NCBI GenBank assembly: GCA_964629975.1
Contig: CAZVUN010000001.1
Coordinates: 10,846-74,845 of the forward strand
Source of the DNA: an uncultured Acidiferrobacteraceae bacterium
GTDB taxonomy: Bacteria; Pseudomonadota; Gammaproteobacteria; Acidiferrobacterales; Sulfurifustaceae
Direction: 5' to 3'
Length of the DNA stretch: 64,000 bases
The notes beneath the pieces are model-generated. The model was not told the DNA's origin, made no database searches, and saw nothing but the letters and a program-made list of their open reading frames with translations. Every line of letters begins with the position of its first letter. Position 1 is the stretch's first letter. Below are positions 26,270 through 35,701 of the stretch, one piece after another. Position numbers and translations under genes: made by a program.

Positions 26270-27112
26270 ATGCGGCTGCTCGTCTCGTGCGCCCTGCTCG
26301 CGCTGCTCGCCGCCGGGGGCGCAACGGCCGAGGTCGCGGCCCCGCCGCTCAGCGCGCGCGTCACCGACCTCACGGCAACGCTCAACGCGGCGCAGCGCGC
26401 GGCGCTCGAACAGAAGCTCAAGGCCTTCGAGGAACGCAAGGGTGCGCAGCTCGCCGTGCTGCTGGTCCCGAGCACAGCGCCGGAGACGATCGAGCAGTAC
26501 GCGATCCGCGTGGTCGATGCCTGGCAGCTCGGGCGCAAGGGTGTCGACGACGGCCTGCTGCTGCTCGTCGCCAAGGACGATCGCCGACTGCGCATCGAGG
26601 TCGGGCGCGGCCTCGAGGGCGTGGTGCCGGACGCGGTCGCCAAGCGCGTGATCGCCGAGGTGATCACGCCGTTCTTCAAGCGCGGGGATTTCTACGGCGG
26701 CCTCGAGGCCGGCGTGAATCAGCTGATCCGCATCATCGACGGCGAACCGCTGCCGCCGCCGCGCACGAAGGACGTGCGCTGGTCGGACTACGAGGACTTC
26801 CTGTGGATCGGTCTGTTCCTGGTATTCGCCTTCGGCGGCATGGCGCGCAGCTGGTTCGGGCGCCTCGCCGGCGCGGGCATCACCGGCGGGGTGGTCGGTT
26901 TCGTGTTCTGGTTCATCGCCGGCACGCTCCTCGGGGCGGCGCTGGTGGGCGTGATCGCCTTCGTCGTGGCACTGCTCATCGGCGGCGGACGCGGCGGTGG
27001 CTGGTCGAATCGCGGCGGCTTCGGCGGTGGCGGCTGGTCCGGTGGCGGCGGGGGCGGGTTCAGCGGTGGGGGCGGCGGGTTTGGAGGCGGCGGCGCCTCG
27101 GGGAGCTGGTGA
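26270..27112 (+). CDS. TPM-domain (YgcG-like) membrane protein with Gly-rich tail
   Basis: Signal peptide, TPM phosphatase-like domain (VTDLTATLNAAQRAALEQKL..., IEVGRGLEG), TM segments and a GGGW/GGGF repeat tail. Confidence 0.85.
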   Translation: MRLLVSCALLALLAAGGATAEVAAPPLSARVTDLTATLNAAQRAALEQKLKAFEERKGAQLAVLLVPSTAPETIEQYAIRVVDAWQLGRKGVDDGLLLLVAKDDRRLRIEVGRGLEGVVPDAVAKRVIAEVITPFFKRGDFYGGLEAGVNQLIRIIDGEPLPPPRTKDVRWSDYEDFLWIGLFLVFAFGGMARSWFGRLAGAGITGGVVGFVFWFIAGTLLGAALVGVIAFVVALLIGGGRGGGWSNRGGFGGGGWSGGGGGGFSGGGGGFGGGGASGSW

Positions 27113-27603
27113 TGAATTGGCGACGCGTTGTGCGGCATCTCGCGACCCCGCCGTGGCAGGTGCGACGGGTCTTTCCGCGATCGACCCTCACGGCGATCGA
27201 ACACGCGATCCACGCCTCGGAAGGCGCGCATCACGGCCAGATCTGTTTTGCGGTGGAGGCGGCGCTCGACACGGCAGCGCTGCTGCGCGGACAGAGTGCG
27301 CGCGAGCGCGCGCTCGAGGTGTTCGCGCGCCTGCGGGTGTGGGACACCGAGCACAACAACGGCGTGCTCATCTATCTGCTGCTCGCCGATCACGACGTCG
27401 AGATCCTGGCCGACCGCGGCATTCACCGCAAGGTCGGCGCCGAGGCCTGGGAGCGCATTTGCCGCGACATGGAGGCGGCATTCCGCGCCGGGCGCTTCGA
27501 GGACGGCGCGCTCGCCGGCATCCGTGCGGTGGGGGCGCTGCTCGCGCAGCACTACCCGGGCGCGGGCCGCGACGAGCTCGCCAACCGCCCGGTGCTGCTG
27601 TAG
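27112..27603 (+). CDS. TPM-domain protein (third gene of the lemA-TPM-TPM triad)
   Basis: ATG overlaps the upstream stop. ICFAVEAALD...NNGVLIYLLLADHDVEILADRGI is TPM-like. Confidence 0.75.
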   Translation: MNWRRVVRHLATPPWQVRRVFPRSTLTAIEHAIHASEGAHHGQICFAVEAALDTAALLRGQSARERALEVFARLRVWDTEHNNGVLIYLLLADHDVEILADRGIHRKVGAEAWERICRDMEAAFRAGRFEDGALAGIRAVGALLAQHYPGAGRDELANRPVLL

Positions 27604-27625
27604 GCGCGCGGACCGCGGCTGCGAC

Positions 27626-28453
27626 ATGGACCCGCGCGATGACATCCCGGCCGTAGAGCGCGCGCACTTCGTGGCCTTCGCGGCCGAGCTGATCGCGGAG
27701 TCGCGGCGCGTCATCCACGCCGCCCGCGCGCACGGTTTTGACGTGCAGCACAAACCCGACGGCAGCTGCGTGACGAGCGTCGACGTCGCGGTCGAGGCGC
27801 GCCTGCGCACGCTCATCGCGGCCCGCTTCCCGACGCACGGCATCCTCGGCGAGGAGCAGCCGCCCACGCGCCCGCAGGCGGACTTTCAGTGGATCCTCGA
27901 TCCGATCGACGGCACCGAGGACTTCGTGGCCGGCCTGCCGACATTCGGCACGATCCTCGCCCTGCATTACCGCGGCGCCCCGCTCGTCGGCGTCATTGAT
28001 CATCCCCTGCTCGCGCTCACGGTGCGCGCCGCCTGCGGCCTCGGCACGTATCGCAACGACGTGCGCGTGCGCCTCGCTGACCTGGCGAGCGACACCCCGG
28101 ACGCGGCGGTGCGCGTGATGCTGAGTGCGCGCGCCAACTTCACGCGCCACAGCGATGATGGCGCGCTGTTCGACGCGATCACGCGCCGGTTTTCCAATCA
28201 CCGCATCTACCGCAGCTGCTACAGCCACGCCTGTGTGGCGAGCGGCCAGGCCGACGTCATGATCGAGTTCGGCAACCGCCTCTGGGACCTGGCCGCCGCG
28301 CGCCTGCTCACTGAGGAGGCCGGCGGGCGCTACGAGACGGTGCAGGACATCGACGTGCCGGGCGTCGGCCGGGTGCTGGGCGCGGTGTTCGGCAAGCCCG
28401 GCGCGGTGGCACGGGTGTGCGCGCTGCTGGCGGGCGCACGCACCCCGGACTAG
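27626..28453 (+). CDS. inositol monophosphatase family protein
   Basis: WILDPIDGTEDF motif and IMPase fold-like layout. Confidence 0.85.
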   Translation: MDPRDDIPAVERAHFVAFAAELIAESRRVIHAARAHGFDVQHKPDGSCVTSVDVAVEARLRTLIAARFPTHGILGEEQPPTRPQADFQWILDPIDGTEDFVAGLPTFGTILALHYRGAPLVGVIDHPLLALTVRAACGLGTYRNDVRVRLADLASDTPDAAVRVMLSARANFTRHSDDGALFDAITRRFSNHRIYRSCYSHACVASGQADVMIEFGNRLWDLAAARLLTEEAGGRYETVQDIDVPGVGRVLGAVFGKPGAVARVCALLAGARTPD

Positions 28454-28493
28454 GCGGCGCCGCGTGGCGGCACCGGTACACGAGGACACAGCC

Positions 28494-29927
28494 ATGGAAC
28501 CGCAGAAGTCGCAGGAGATACTCGAGCGCAACCTGGAGCACATTCGCACGCTGCTCGAGCGGCATCGCATGGTCGAGCACCTCGTGCGCACCCAGGAAAC
28601 GCCGAAGCACGATCTGGTCGAGTCGCTGGTGCACCGCCAGCACCTGGCCGAGCTGCGCAACCGGCTGGCGCGCCTGCACGCCGCCGACGTGGCGTACGTG
28701 CTCGAGAACCTGCCGCCGGAGGAGCGCCGGATCGTGTGGCAGGAGGTGCGCGAACGGCGCGGTGGCGATGTGCTGGTCGAGCTCGGCGACTCGGTACGGC
28801 GGCAGATGATCGAGAGCCTGCCGCGCGAGGAACTGGTCACGGCACTCAAGCAGCTCGACGCCGATGACCTCACCTACCTCGCCGAGGAGCTGCCGCCCGA
28901 GGTGTTGAACGAGTGCCTGCAATCGCTGTCGGCCGAGGAGCGCAGCTGGCTCCAGTCGTCGATGGCCTGGCGCGACGACAGTGTCGGCGCGCTCATGAGC
29001 AACGTGATGGTGACGGTGCGCGAGCACGACACGCTCGAGGAGGTGTTGCGCCAGCTGCGCGTGCTGGAGGAACTGCCGATCCACACCGACAAGCTGTTCG
29101 TGCTCGACCGGCGCGGCCTGTTCCGCGGCGTGCTGCCGCTCACCACGATCCTGCGCCATCCGCCGCAGACACTGGTCGCCGACGTCATGGCGACCGACGT
29201 GGTGCGCTTCGGGCCGGACGACAGCGCGCGCGACGCGGCGCAGGCATTCGAACGCTACGACCTGGTGTCGGCCCCGGTGCTGAACGAACGCGGCAAGCTC
29301 GCCGGGCGGCTCACGGTCGACGTGATGATGGACTACGTGCGCGAGAAGACGAGCGACGAGCTGCTCAAGCTCGCGGGCCTCAGTCGCGAGGAGGACCTGT
29401 TCGCCTCGATCTGGGGCGGGGCGCGCAACCGCTGGCTGTGGCTTGGTCTCAATCTGGTCACGGCGTTCGTCGCCTCGCGCATCATCGGCGCGTTCGAGGC
29501 GAGCATCGTCCAGCTGGTGGCGCTCGCGGCGCTCATGCCGATCGTGGCGAGCGTCGGCGGCAACACCGGCAACCAGACCACGGCGCTGGTGATCCGCGCC
29601 ATTGCCATGGGCCAGGACACCGCGCCGAACATCCTGCGGCTGGTGCGCAGGGAACTCGGCATCAGCCTGGTCAACGGCGTGCTGCTCGGCATCGTGGTGG
29701 CGCTGTTCGCCGTGGTCTTCTATCACAACGGCGCGCTCGGGGCGGTGATCGCCGCGGCCATGCTGCTCAATCTGCTGCTGGCGGCGAGCGTCGGCCTGGC
29801 GGTGCCGATCACCCTGCACCGCCTCGGGCGCGATCCGGCGCTCGGCTCGAGCGTGCTGCTCACCGCCGCCACCGACAGCATGGGGTTCCTGATCTTCCTG
29901 GGCCTGGCCACCCTGGTGCTGCTGTAG
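28494..29927 (+). CDS. mgtE: magnesium transporter MgtE
   Basis: MgtE N-domain, tandem CBS region and C-terminal TM domain with PIVASVGGNTGNQT and ATDSMGFLIFLGLA. Confidence 0.95.
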   Translation: MEPQKSQEILERNLEHIRTLLERHRMVEHLVRTQETPKHDLVESLVHRQHLAELRNRLARLHAADVAYVLENLPPEERRIVWQEVRERRGGDVLVELGDSVRRQMIESLPREELVTALKQLDADDLTYLAEELPPEVLNECLQSLSAEERSWLQSSMAWRDDSVGALMSNVMVTVREHDTLEEVLRQLRVLEELPIHTDKLFVLDRRGLFRGVLPLTTILRHPPQTLVADVMATDVVRFGPDDSARDAAQAFERYDLVSAPVLNERGKLAGRLTVDVMMDYVREKTSDELLKLAGLSREEDLFASIWGGARNRWLWLGLNLVTAFVASRIIGAFEASIVQLVALAALMPIVASVGGNTGNQTTALVIRAIAMGQDTAPNILRLVRRELGISLVNGVLLGIVVALFAVVFYHNGALGAVIAAAMLLNLLLAASVGLAVPITLHRLGRDPALGSSVLLTAATDSMGFLIFLGLATLVLL

Positions 29928-30107
29928 CCCACCCGGCGGGTGCGGGGACCGTTTTTCGCGCAATTCCGCTGGTTTCAGCGCCCTCCGGCCGACCGGCCGT
30001 CGGGCCGCCCCTGCCTTATGGTCGGGACGACGCACCGACAGTGTTGCATTTCTGTGTCGGGTTTCCGACACTGAAAATATGCTCACATCGTCCAAGGAGG
30101 GCGCATC

Positions 30108-30317
30108 ATGAGTATCGAGCTGGTGGCTTACGTGTTGTTGGGTTGGCTGGCCATGGGTGTCGTCACCGCCCTGTTGCTTGGCCGTGTCATGCGTGAAACC
30201 GCCGAACTTCCCGTTGCCGCGACGGCCGGCGGCCGGCCGCTCGTGGCCAAGGCGCGCCGAGCGGTCCGCAAGCCCTCTGCCCGCGCCGGACATCGCGCGA
30301 CACACCGCGCCGCCTGA
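30108..30317 (+). CDS. small membrane protein (69 aa), hypothetical
   Basis: AAGGAGG 7 nt upstream of the ATG. One strong TM helix (LVAYVLLGWLAMGVVTALLLG) and a basic tail. A strong terminator follows downstream. Confidence 0.45.
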   Translation: MSIELVAYVLLGWLAMGVVTALLLGRVMRETAELPVAATAGGRPLVAKARRAVRKPSARAGHRATHRAA

Positions 30318-30379
30318 TCCCGCCCGACGCCGACCGAACTGGCTTCGGTCGATCGCGGGTTCGAGAATTGATTCAAACC

Positions 30380-30414
30380 GCGCCCGTGGCGCACGCCACG
30401 GGCGCGTCTGTTTT
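30380..30414 (+). terminator. rho-independent terminator
   Basis: GCGCCCGTGG...CCACGGGCGC (10-12 bp perfect stem) followed by GTCTGTTTT. Confidence 0.75.
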
Positions 30415-30536
30415 GGCGAGGCCCGTGCGCCGCGCGGCTGCCCCCTCCGCCGCGAGGTTAAGGTTCGCCAGCAAGCGGGCACGAACGCGAAGCGGCCGGC
30501 GGTTCGGCCACGTACGCACCATTACGCTGACGCCAC

Positions 30537-32000
30537 TCAGTAACGCACGCGCACGCGGTAACGCAATGTCTCGCGACCCTCGGCCGGGACGGTGATACGC
30601 CACTCGGCGCTGCCGGCCGCCACCCGGGTGTGGCGGTGCGTCTCCTCCAGCATCCTCCAGTCGCCCGGTACCGGTTCGCGCACCGTGACCGTGACCGGCT
30701 CCTCCTTGGCATTCTTGAGCGTGAGCTCGTAGGCGCTGTCGAACGCGTACGCGTACTTGTCCTGCTGCTCCTTCGGCAGGCGCTTGAAGTCGGTCTGGCG
30801 CTTGTCGGCGGTGACATCGAACGCATCGCCGAGCTTGAGCCGCACCCGCTCGTTCCTGGGCGTGTGGTCGATGCGGTCTTCGCCGACGAACTGCGCGCGC
30901 CCCTCGCCGTCGCGCTTGTAGACGCGCACCACGCCTTTGGGCAGCGGCAGACCGAGTCTGGCCGACTCGCGGTTCTCGAACTCGACGAACACCCCGACCT
31001 TCATCCTCTTGCCGATTTCGCCATGGCTGGCGCGGTAGTAATAGTCGGCGCCCACCAGCAGGAATTCCTTGGTCAGCGGCACGCCGCTCGCATTAAGCAG
31101 CGCGACCTGCTTGGTCTGGTTGTCGGCGATCGTGGTCGGGCGCGGGAGTGTGTACAGGTGGTACTCGAACAGCGCTTCCTGCGTCATGGCCGGCCGCGCC
31201 TCCTCGGCCACGGCACGCCTGGCCGGCGCCATCGCCGCCACGCGCAGCTCGTCGCGCACGCGGTGCACGTCGCCTGCCACCAGTTGCAGCAGCGCGTTCG
31301 GGTAGCGGGTGCCGCTCTGGTTGGTGAGCGTCACCCAGCCGTTGAGATCGAGATGCGTGTCGCGCGCATTGAGCTCGGCGACGTAGTCGGCCTTCCACGC
31401 CAGCCCGCCGGTGAGGTAACTGAGCTCTGTGGTCTGGCTGGTCGGGCCGTGGTTGTCGAGTTGCGTCACCAGCGTCGGGCGATCGCGCAGGTTGTCCGGC
31501 ACCGCGTCGAACACCAGCCGCCCGGGCACCCCGGTCTCGATGCGATCGCCGATGCGCAGCACCACGCCGTGGTTGGCCGCCAGCACCTCGGCCTGCTCCA
31601 CCGTCTCGGCGCCGGTGGTGAGATGGGTCTTGACCACGCGCACGCGCCGGCCGACATATTTTTCGAGCAGCTTGGCCGGGCTCAGCAGATCGAAATCGAA
31701 ATTCTGCTCGAGCACGCGCAACGCGCCCGGGTGCGAGACGCTGCGCAGCTGCGCGGTCTCGGGGCGCATGCGCGCGCTCACTTCGCGCAGTGCCAGGCGA
31801 TTGCCGCCGGCGACGAGCGTGACCTTGCGTACGTCCTTCACCAGCGCCAGGTCCTCGTTGTAGATGGTCACGGCGACCGCGGTCTGCTCGCTCAGTCCGC
31901 TGCGCCGTTCCGCGTCCTGGCTGAAGCCCGGGGTCACGGCGCCGAGCGCCAGTGCCGTCGCACCCGCGAGCGCGATCGGCTGCGTGCGTCTTGCCTGCAT
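30537..32000 (-). CDS. secreted DUF4139-family protein
   Basis: Signal peptide, then VTIYNEDLALVKD..., LSYLTGGLAWKADYV and GWVTLTNQSG segments typical of DUF4140/DUF4139 proteins. Confidence 0.7.
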   Translation of the reverse strand: MQARRTQPIALAGATALALGAVTPGFSQDAERRSGLSEQTAVAVTIYNEDLALVKDVRKVTLVAGGNRLALREVSARMRPETAQLRSVSHPGALRVLEQNFDFDLLSPAKLLEKYVGRRVRVVKTHLTTGAETVEQAEVLAANHGVVLRIGDRIETGVPGRLVFDAVPDNLRDRPTLVTQLDNHGPTSQTTELSYLTGGLAWKADYVAELNARDTHLDLNGWVTLTNQSGTRYPNALLQLVAGDVHRVRDELRVAAMAPARRAVAEEARPAMTQEALFEYHLYTLPRPTTIADNQTKQVALLNASGVPLTKEFLLVGADYYYRASHGEIGKRMKVGVFVEFENRESARLGLPLPKGVVRVYKRDGEGRAQFVGEDRIDHTPRNERVRLKLGDAFDVTADKRQTDFKRLPKEQQDKYAYAFDSAYELTLKNAKEEPVTVTVREPVPGDWRMLEETHRHTRVAAGSAEWRITVPAEGRETLRYRVRVRY

Positions 32001-32133
32001 GGGAAGCTCTCCTTCGGTTCGGGTTGGCGGGCGACCGGAGAACGCCGGCGGCGCGTGGCCGCGGCGCGGGTCGCCCGGTTGTGCTGTTAACGCACGGGCG
32101 CGCGCGGCGGGTTAGGCGCGCCGCGGCGATGCG

Positions 32134-32664
32134 CTACTGGCGCGAGGGTTCGAGCGTCGCGTCGAGGTTGCGGTCGTCGCAGAAGTCGAGGAAATCGGCG
32201 CGCAGCCGGCCGATTTGCAGCTCGGCCGGCACGCTGATGGTCATGTTGAGGGAAAACATCGGCGTGCCGGTATGGGCCGCGGAGTAGGTCCAGCTGCTCA
32301 TGTCCTCGATGTTGATGGCGCGCGCCGAGAAGAACTCGGCGATGTCGCGCACGATGCCGGGATGGTCCATGGCGACCACATCCACCACGTACGGCACGGT
32401 GCTCGGCTTTACCGCGCGCGGCTCGGTGTGCTTGGCATGGATGACGAGATCGAGCTTCTTGGCGATGCCCGGAACCATGGCCTCGAGCTTGGCGACCGCG
32501 CTCCAGCTGCCGGACAGCAGCATGATGACCGCGAATTCTCCGCCCAGCACCGACATGCGCGAGTCCTCGATGTTGCAGGCGGCCTCGAGGATCGCCTTGG
32601 ACAGGTCGTTGACGATACCGGGGCGATCCTTGCCAATCGCCGACAGAACGAGATACTTTTTCAT
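32134..32664 (-). CDS. tandem ACT-domain protein, glycine cleavage system regulator GcvR-like
   Basis: MKKYLVLSAIGKDRPGIVNDLSKAILEAACNIEDSRM... plus a second ACT repeat (VVAMDHPGIVRDIAEFF). The tool ORF start at 33072 is rejected as an extension. Confidence 0.7.
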   Translation of the reverse strand: MKKYLVLSAIGKDRPGIVNDLSKAILEAACNIEDSRMSVLGGEFAVIMLLSGSWSAVAKLEAMVPGIAKKLDLVIHAKHTEPRAVKPSTVPYVVDVVAMDHPGIVRDIAEFFSARAINIEDMSSWTYSAAHTGTPMFSLNMTISVPAELQIGRLRADFLDFCDDRNLDATLEPSRQ

Positions 32665-32964
32665 GCGCTCGAGTTCCTGCGAAGGATCGCGATGGTAGTG
32701 GAGATTGCCGCGCGACGCAAAAGCGCGCAGGTGCGGCCCGCGCGCGGCGCGGGCCCCGGTCGGCACAGCCCGATTGCGCCCATCCCCACGCGCCTTGACG
32801 GCGCCGCACCCGGTTGCAAGACTGTCGGCATGGCTGCATCTGCGCCTATCCGGTCCTGCCGAGATGCGCGCATGCGCGCCGTAGCGCGCGCGCTGCGTGC
32901 TGCGGCGAAGAAGAGCGGGCCGGACAGAGACTGAACGACGGATACGGCGAGACCTTTTCTTTTG

Positions 32965-33004
32965 GAAGGCCACAGGGCGCAGGTTCTGTGGCCTTCGTGT
33001 TTTT
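32965..33004 (+). terminator. orphan + strand rho-independent terminator just upstream of the DMT transporter gene
   Basis: GAAGGCCACAG-ggcgcaggtt-CTGTGGCCTTC (11-bp perfect stem) followed by GTGTTTTT. No + strand CDS lies upstream of it. Confidence 0.65.
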
Positions 33005-33020
33005 GCACGAGGAGCCAGCG

Positions 33021-33917
33021 ATGTCGGTGCCGGGGGCGTATCTGAGCGTGGTGCTGATCTGGTCGACCACACCGCTCGCCATCAAGTGGAGCGGCGAGGG
33101 GCCGGGCTTCCTGTTCGGCGCGCTCGGGCGCATGAGCCTGGCGGCGCTGCTGTGCCTGGCGCTCGTGGCGGTGCTGCGCCTCGGGCTGCCGTGGCACCGG
33201 CAGGCGCGCCGTGCCTACCTGAGCGGCGCGGTCGGCGCCTACGGTTCGATGCTGTGCGTGTACTGGGCGGCGCAGCAGCTGCCGTCCGGCGTCATCAACG
33301 TGCTGTTCGGACTGACGCCGCTGCTGACCGCGCTCATCGCGCAGCCACTGCTCGGTGAGCGCGCGCTCAGCCCGGCCAGGCTCGCCGGCATGACGCTCGG
33401 ACTGGCGGGACTGCTCATCATCTTCGGTGGCGGGCTGACGCTCGGGGCCAATGCGACCGCCGGGCTCATGGTGCTGAGCCTCGCCGTGCTGCTGCACGCG
33501 CTCAGCCTGGTGCTGGTCAAACGCCACGGTGGGGACTTGCCGAGCCTCACGGTCACAACCGGCGCGCTCGTGATCGTGACGCCGCTGTTCCTCGCCACCT
33601 GGTGGCTGTTCGACGGTGCCGTGCCGGCTGAGCTTCCAGCACGCGTGACAGCGAGCATCGTGTACCTGGGCGTGGTCGGCTCGTTGGTGGGCTTCACGCT
33701 CTACTTCTATCTGATCAAGCGGGTGACCGCGAACACCGTGGCGCTCATTTCGCTGCTCACGCCGGTGTCGGCGCTGCTGGTCGGCCAGGCCTTGAACGGC
33801 GAGCAGATCACCGCGCCGGTGTGGGCAGGCACGGCGTTCGTGCTCGCCGGGCTCGCGCTGCACCAGTGGGGCGGGCTGCTCGCGCGCCGCGTGGCGGCAC
33901 GCGCGACCGGGCGCTGA
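33021..33917 (+). CDS. DMT superfamily (EamA-like) transporter
   Basis: Ten hydrophobic segments in two EamA-like halves. GAGGAG precedes ATG 33021. Confidence 0.85.
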   Translation: MSVPGAYLSVVLIWSTTPLAIKWSGEGPGFLFGALGRMSLAALLCLALVAVLRLGLPWHRQARRAYLSGAVGAYGSMLCVYWAAQQLPSGVINVLFGLTPLLTALIAQPLLGERALSPARLAGMTLGLAGLLIIFGGGLTLGANATAGLMVLSLAVLLHALSLVLVKRHGGDLPSLTVTTGALVIVTPLFLATWWLFDGAVPAELPARVTASIVYLGVVGSLVGFTLYFYLIKRVTANTVALISLLTPVSALLVGQALNGEQITAPVWAGTAFVLAGLALHQWGGLLARRVAARATGR

Positions 33918-33968
33918 CGCCGCCCGCGACAGCGCGCTGCCGCTCGCAGCCGCAACGCTGCGGACCCG

Positions 33969-34301
33969 TCAGGTGCCGCTCAGGTAGCTCTTCGCTTCCT
34001 CGCCGGGATTGGGCAGACCCGCCACGCGCCAGGCGTTGAGGCAGGTCTGGAACAGATCGTGCACCCAGTGCCGGTCATGGTGATGGCGGCGGCACACCTG
34101 ACTCATCGCCGGCGCGACACCGGAGCGCGCGTAGTGCTCGCGCAGCGCGTGGATCACTTCCCAATGCTCGGGGCCGAGCTCGCCCACGCCTTCCCGGCGC
34201 GCGATCTCGCGCGCGAGTTCTTCGCTCCAGGCGTTGGGATCCATGAGCAGACCATCATCATCGAACCGGGGTGCGACTCGAACCGCCGTGCTGGCAGGCA
34301 C
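33969..34301 (-). CDS. DsrC/TusE-family protein lacking the C-terminal cysteines
   Basis: FDDDGLLMDPNAWSEELAREIARREGVGELGPEHWEVIHALREHY and AGLPNPG match the DsrC/TusE fold. The tail ends GEEAKSYLSGT with no Cys. Confidence 0.65.
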   Translation of the reverse strand: MPASTAVRVAPRFDDDGLLMDPNAWSEELAREIARREGVGELGPEHWEVIHALREHYARSGVAPAMSQVCRRHHHDRHWVHDLFQTCLNAWRVAGLPNPGEEAKSYLSGT

Positions 34302-34470
34302 AGGTCACCTCCTTGGCTCGCGGTCGGGGCGTCGCCGCCCAAGGCGGGCGATCGGCCCGGCCGCACGTTGGGGAACAGCAACGCGATCAGTCTTCACACG
34401 TTAGGCGCCGTACGTAGCCGCGCGCCGCGTGCGGGATTGCGCGCGCCAGCCACGCGCGGCACGGCGGCGC

Positions 34471-35538
34471 TCACCCCGGCCGGGCGCGCAGATACGGATT
34501 CGGCCACGCGACCTCGGCGCCGAGGGCGTGCGCGGCGTGCAGCGGCCAGTACGGATCGCGCAGCAGCGCGCGTGCGAGCAGCACCGCATCGGCCAGCTCG
34601 GTGGCGACGATCTGCTCGGCCTGCGCGGGATCGGTGATGAGCCCGACGGCGCCGGTGGCGATCGAGGCCTCACGCCGGATGGCGGTGGCAAACGGCACCT
34701 GGAAGCCCGGCGCGGCCGGCATCTGCGCGTGCGGCACCAGCCCACCGCTCGAGCAGTCGATCAGGTCGATGCCGATGTCTTTCAGGCGACGCGCAAGCTC
34801 GATCGACTGCGCGAGGTCCCAACCGTCCGGCATCCAGTCGGTTGCCGAGATGCGCACGAACACCGGGCGCTCGGCCGGCCACAGCTCGCGCACCGCGCGT
34901 GCCACGCGCAACGGCAGGCGCAGGCGATTGTCGAGTGTACCGCCGTAGTCGTCGCTGCGCTGGTTGGACAACGGCGAGAGGAACTCGTGCAGCAGATAGC
35001 CGTGCGCCATGTGCAGCTCCACCACCTCGAAACCGGCGGCGAGCGCGCGGCGCGCGGCAGCGGTGAACTGGGTGACGAGCGTGTCGATCTCGACGATCGT
35101 CAACGCACGCGGCACCGGGTAGCCGGGACCGAAGGCAAGCGCGCTCGGCGCCACGGTTTGCCAGCCACCCTGCCCGTGCGCGAGCGGCTTGCCGCCCTTC
35201 CACGGCAGGTCGGTCGATGCCTTGCGCCCGGCATGCGCGAGCTGGATCGCCGGCACCGCCCCGTGCGCCTTGAGGAAACTCGCGATCGGTTGGAGCGCGC
35301 GCGCCTGCACGTCCGACCAGATGCCGAGACAACCGGGCGTGATGCGGCCCTCGCCGCACACGCCGGTCGCCTCCACCATGACGAGCCCGGCGCCGCCGAC
35401 GGCCCGGCTGCCGAGGTGCACGAGATGCCAGTCGTTGGCGAGGCCATCGACCGCCGAGTACTGGCACATGGGCGAGACGAAGATGCGGTTGCGGATGTCG
35501 AGCCCGCGCAGCCGCAGCGGCGTGAAGAGTTGGACCAT
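34471..35538 (-). CDS. NADH:flavin oxidoreductase, Old Yellow Enzyme family
   Basis: MVQLFTPLRLRGLDIRNRIFVSPMCQYS..., HLGSRAVGGAGLVMVEAT and AHGYLLHEFLSPLSN are OYE signatures. Confidence 0.9.
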   Translation of the reverse strand: MVQLFTPLRLRGLDIRNRIFVSPMCQYSAVDGLANDWHLVHLGSRAVGGAGLVMVEATGVCGEGRITPGCLGIWSDVQARALQPIASFLKAHGAVPAIQLAHAGRKASTDLPWKGGKPLAHGQGGWQTVAPSALAFGPGYPVPRALTIVEIDTLVTQFTAAARRALAAGFEVVELHMAHGYLLHEFLSPLSNQRSDDYGGTLDNRLRLPLRVARAVRELWPAERPVFVRISATDWMPDGWDLAQSIELARRLKDIGIDLIDCSSGGLVPHAQMPAAPGFQVPFATAIRREASIATGAVGLITDPAQAEQIVATELADAVLLARALLRDPYWPLHAAHALGAEVAWPNPYLRARPG

Positions 35539-35622
35539 AGGCACCTTCCTTTTCCGGCGGCGGGCACGCGCCCGCGCGTGCCTGCGAGCGGCGCACTGTG
35601 ACAGACGCGCGCCACCGACTCG

Positions 35623-35636
35623 TTGATCTTCATCAA
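35623..35636. promoter_or_regulatory. perfect FNR box between the OYE reductase and DUF2845 genes
   Basis: TTGATCTTCATCAA. On the - strand a 22-nt gap leads to the weak hexamer CACAGT. No convincing -10 lies at class II distance on the + strand. Confidence 0.7.
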
Positions 35637-35701
35637 GCGCGCGATTGTGGGGCCCAACCTGCGATGCGAGAATGGCCCGACAGCCCTTGGCGATCCGCGC
35701 A

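Noticed and set aside
26287-27111. Upstream 275 codons of the 438-aa ORF 26287..27603
   Set aside because: This Arg-rich frame overlaps the well-supported TPM/YgcG gene. Only the last 164 codons, from ATG 27112, look like a real TPM-domain protein.
30335-30378. tRNA-like fragment (GGGTTCGAGAA resembling a T-loop, preceded by an 8-bp hairpin)
   Set aside because: There is no complementary T-stem 3-prime arm, no acceptor stem and no CCA context. The hairpin has an 8-bp stem and 5-nt loop, unlike an anticodon arm. A cloverleaf cannot be built.
28308-30482. 724-aa minus-strand ORF spanning mgtE and flanks
   Set aside because: It is antisense to MgtE and crosses two intergenic regions and a terminator. 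The translation is Arg/Gln/His-rich with no motifs.
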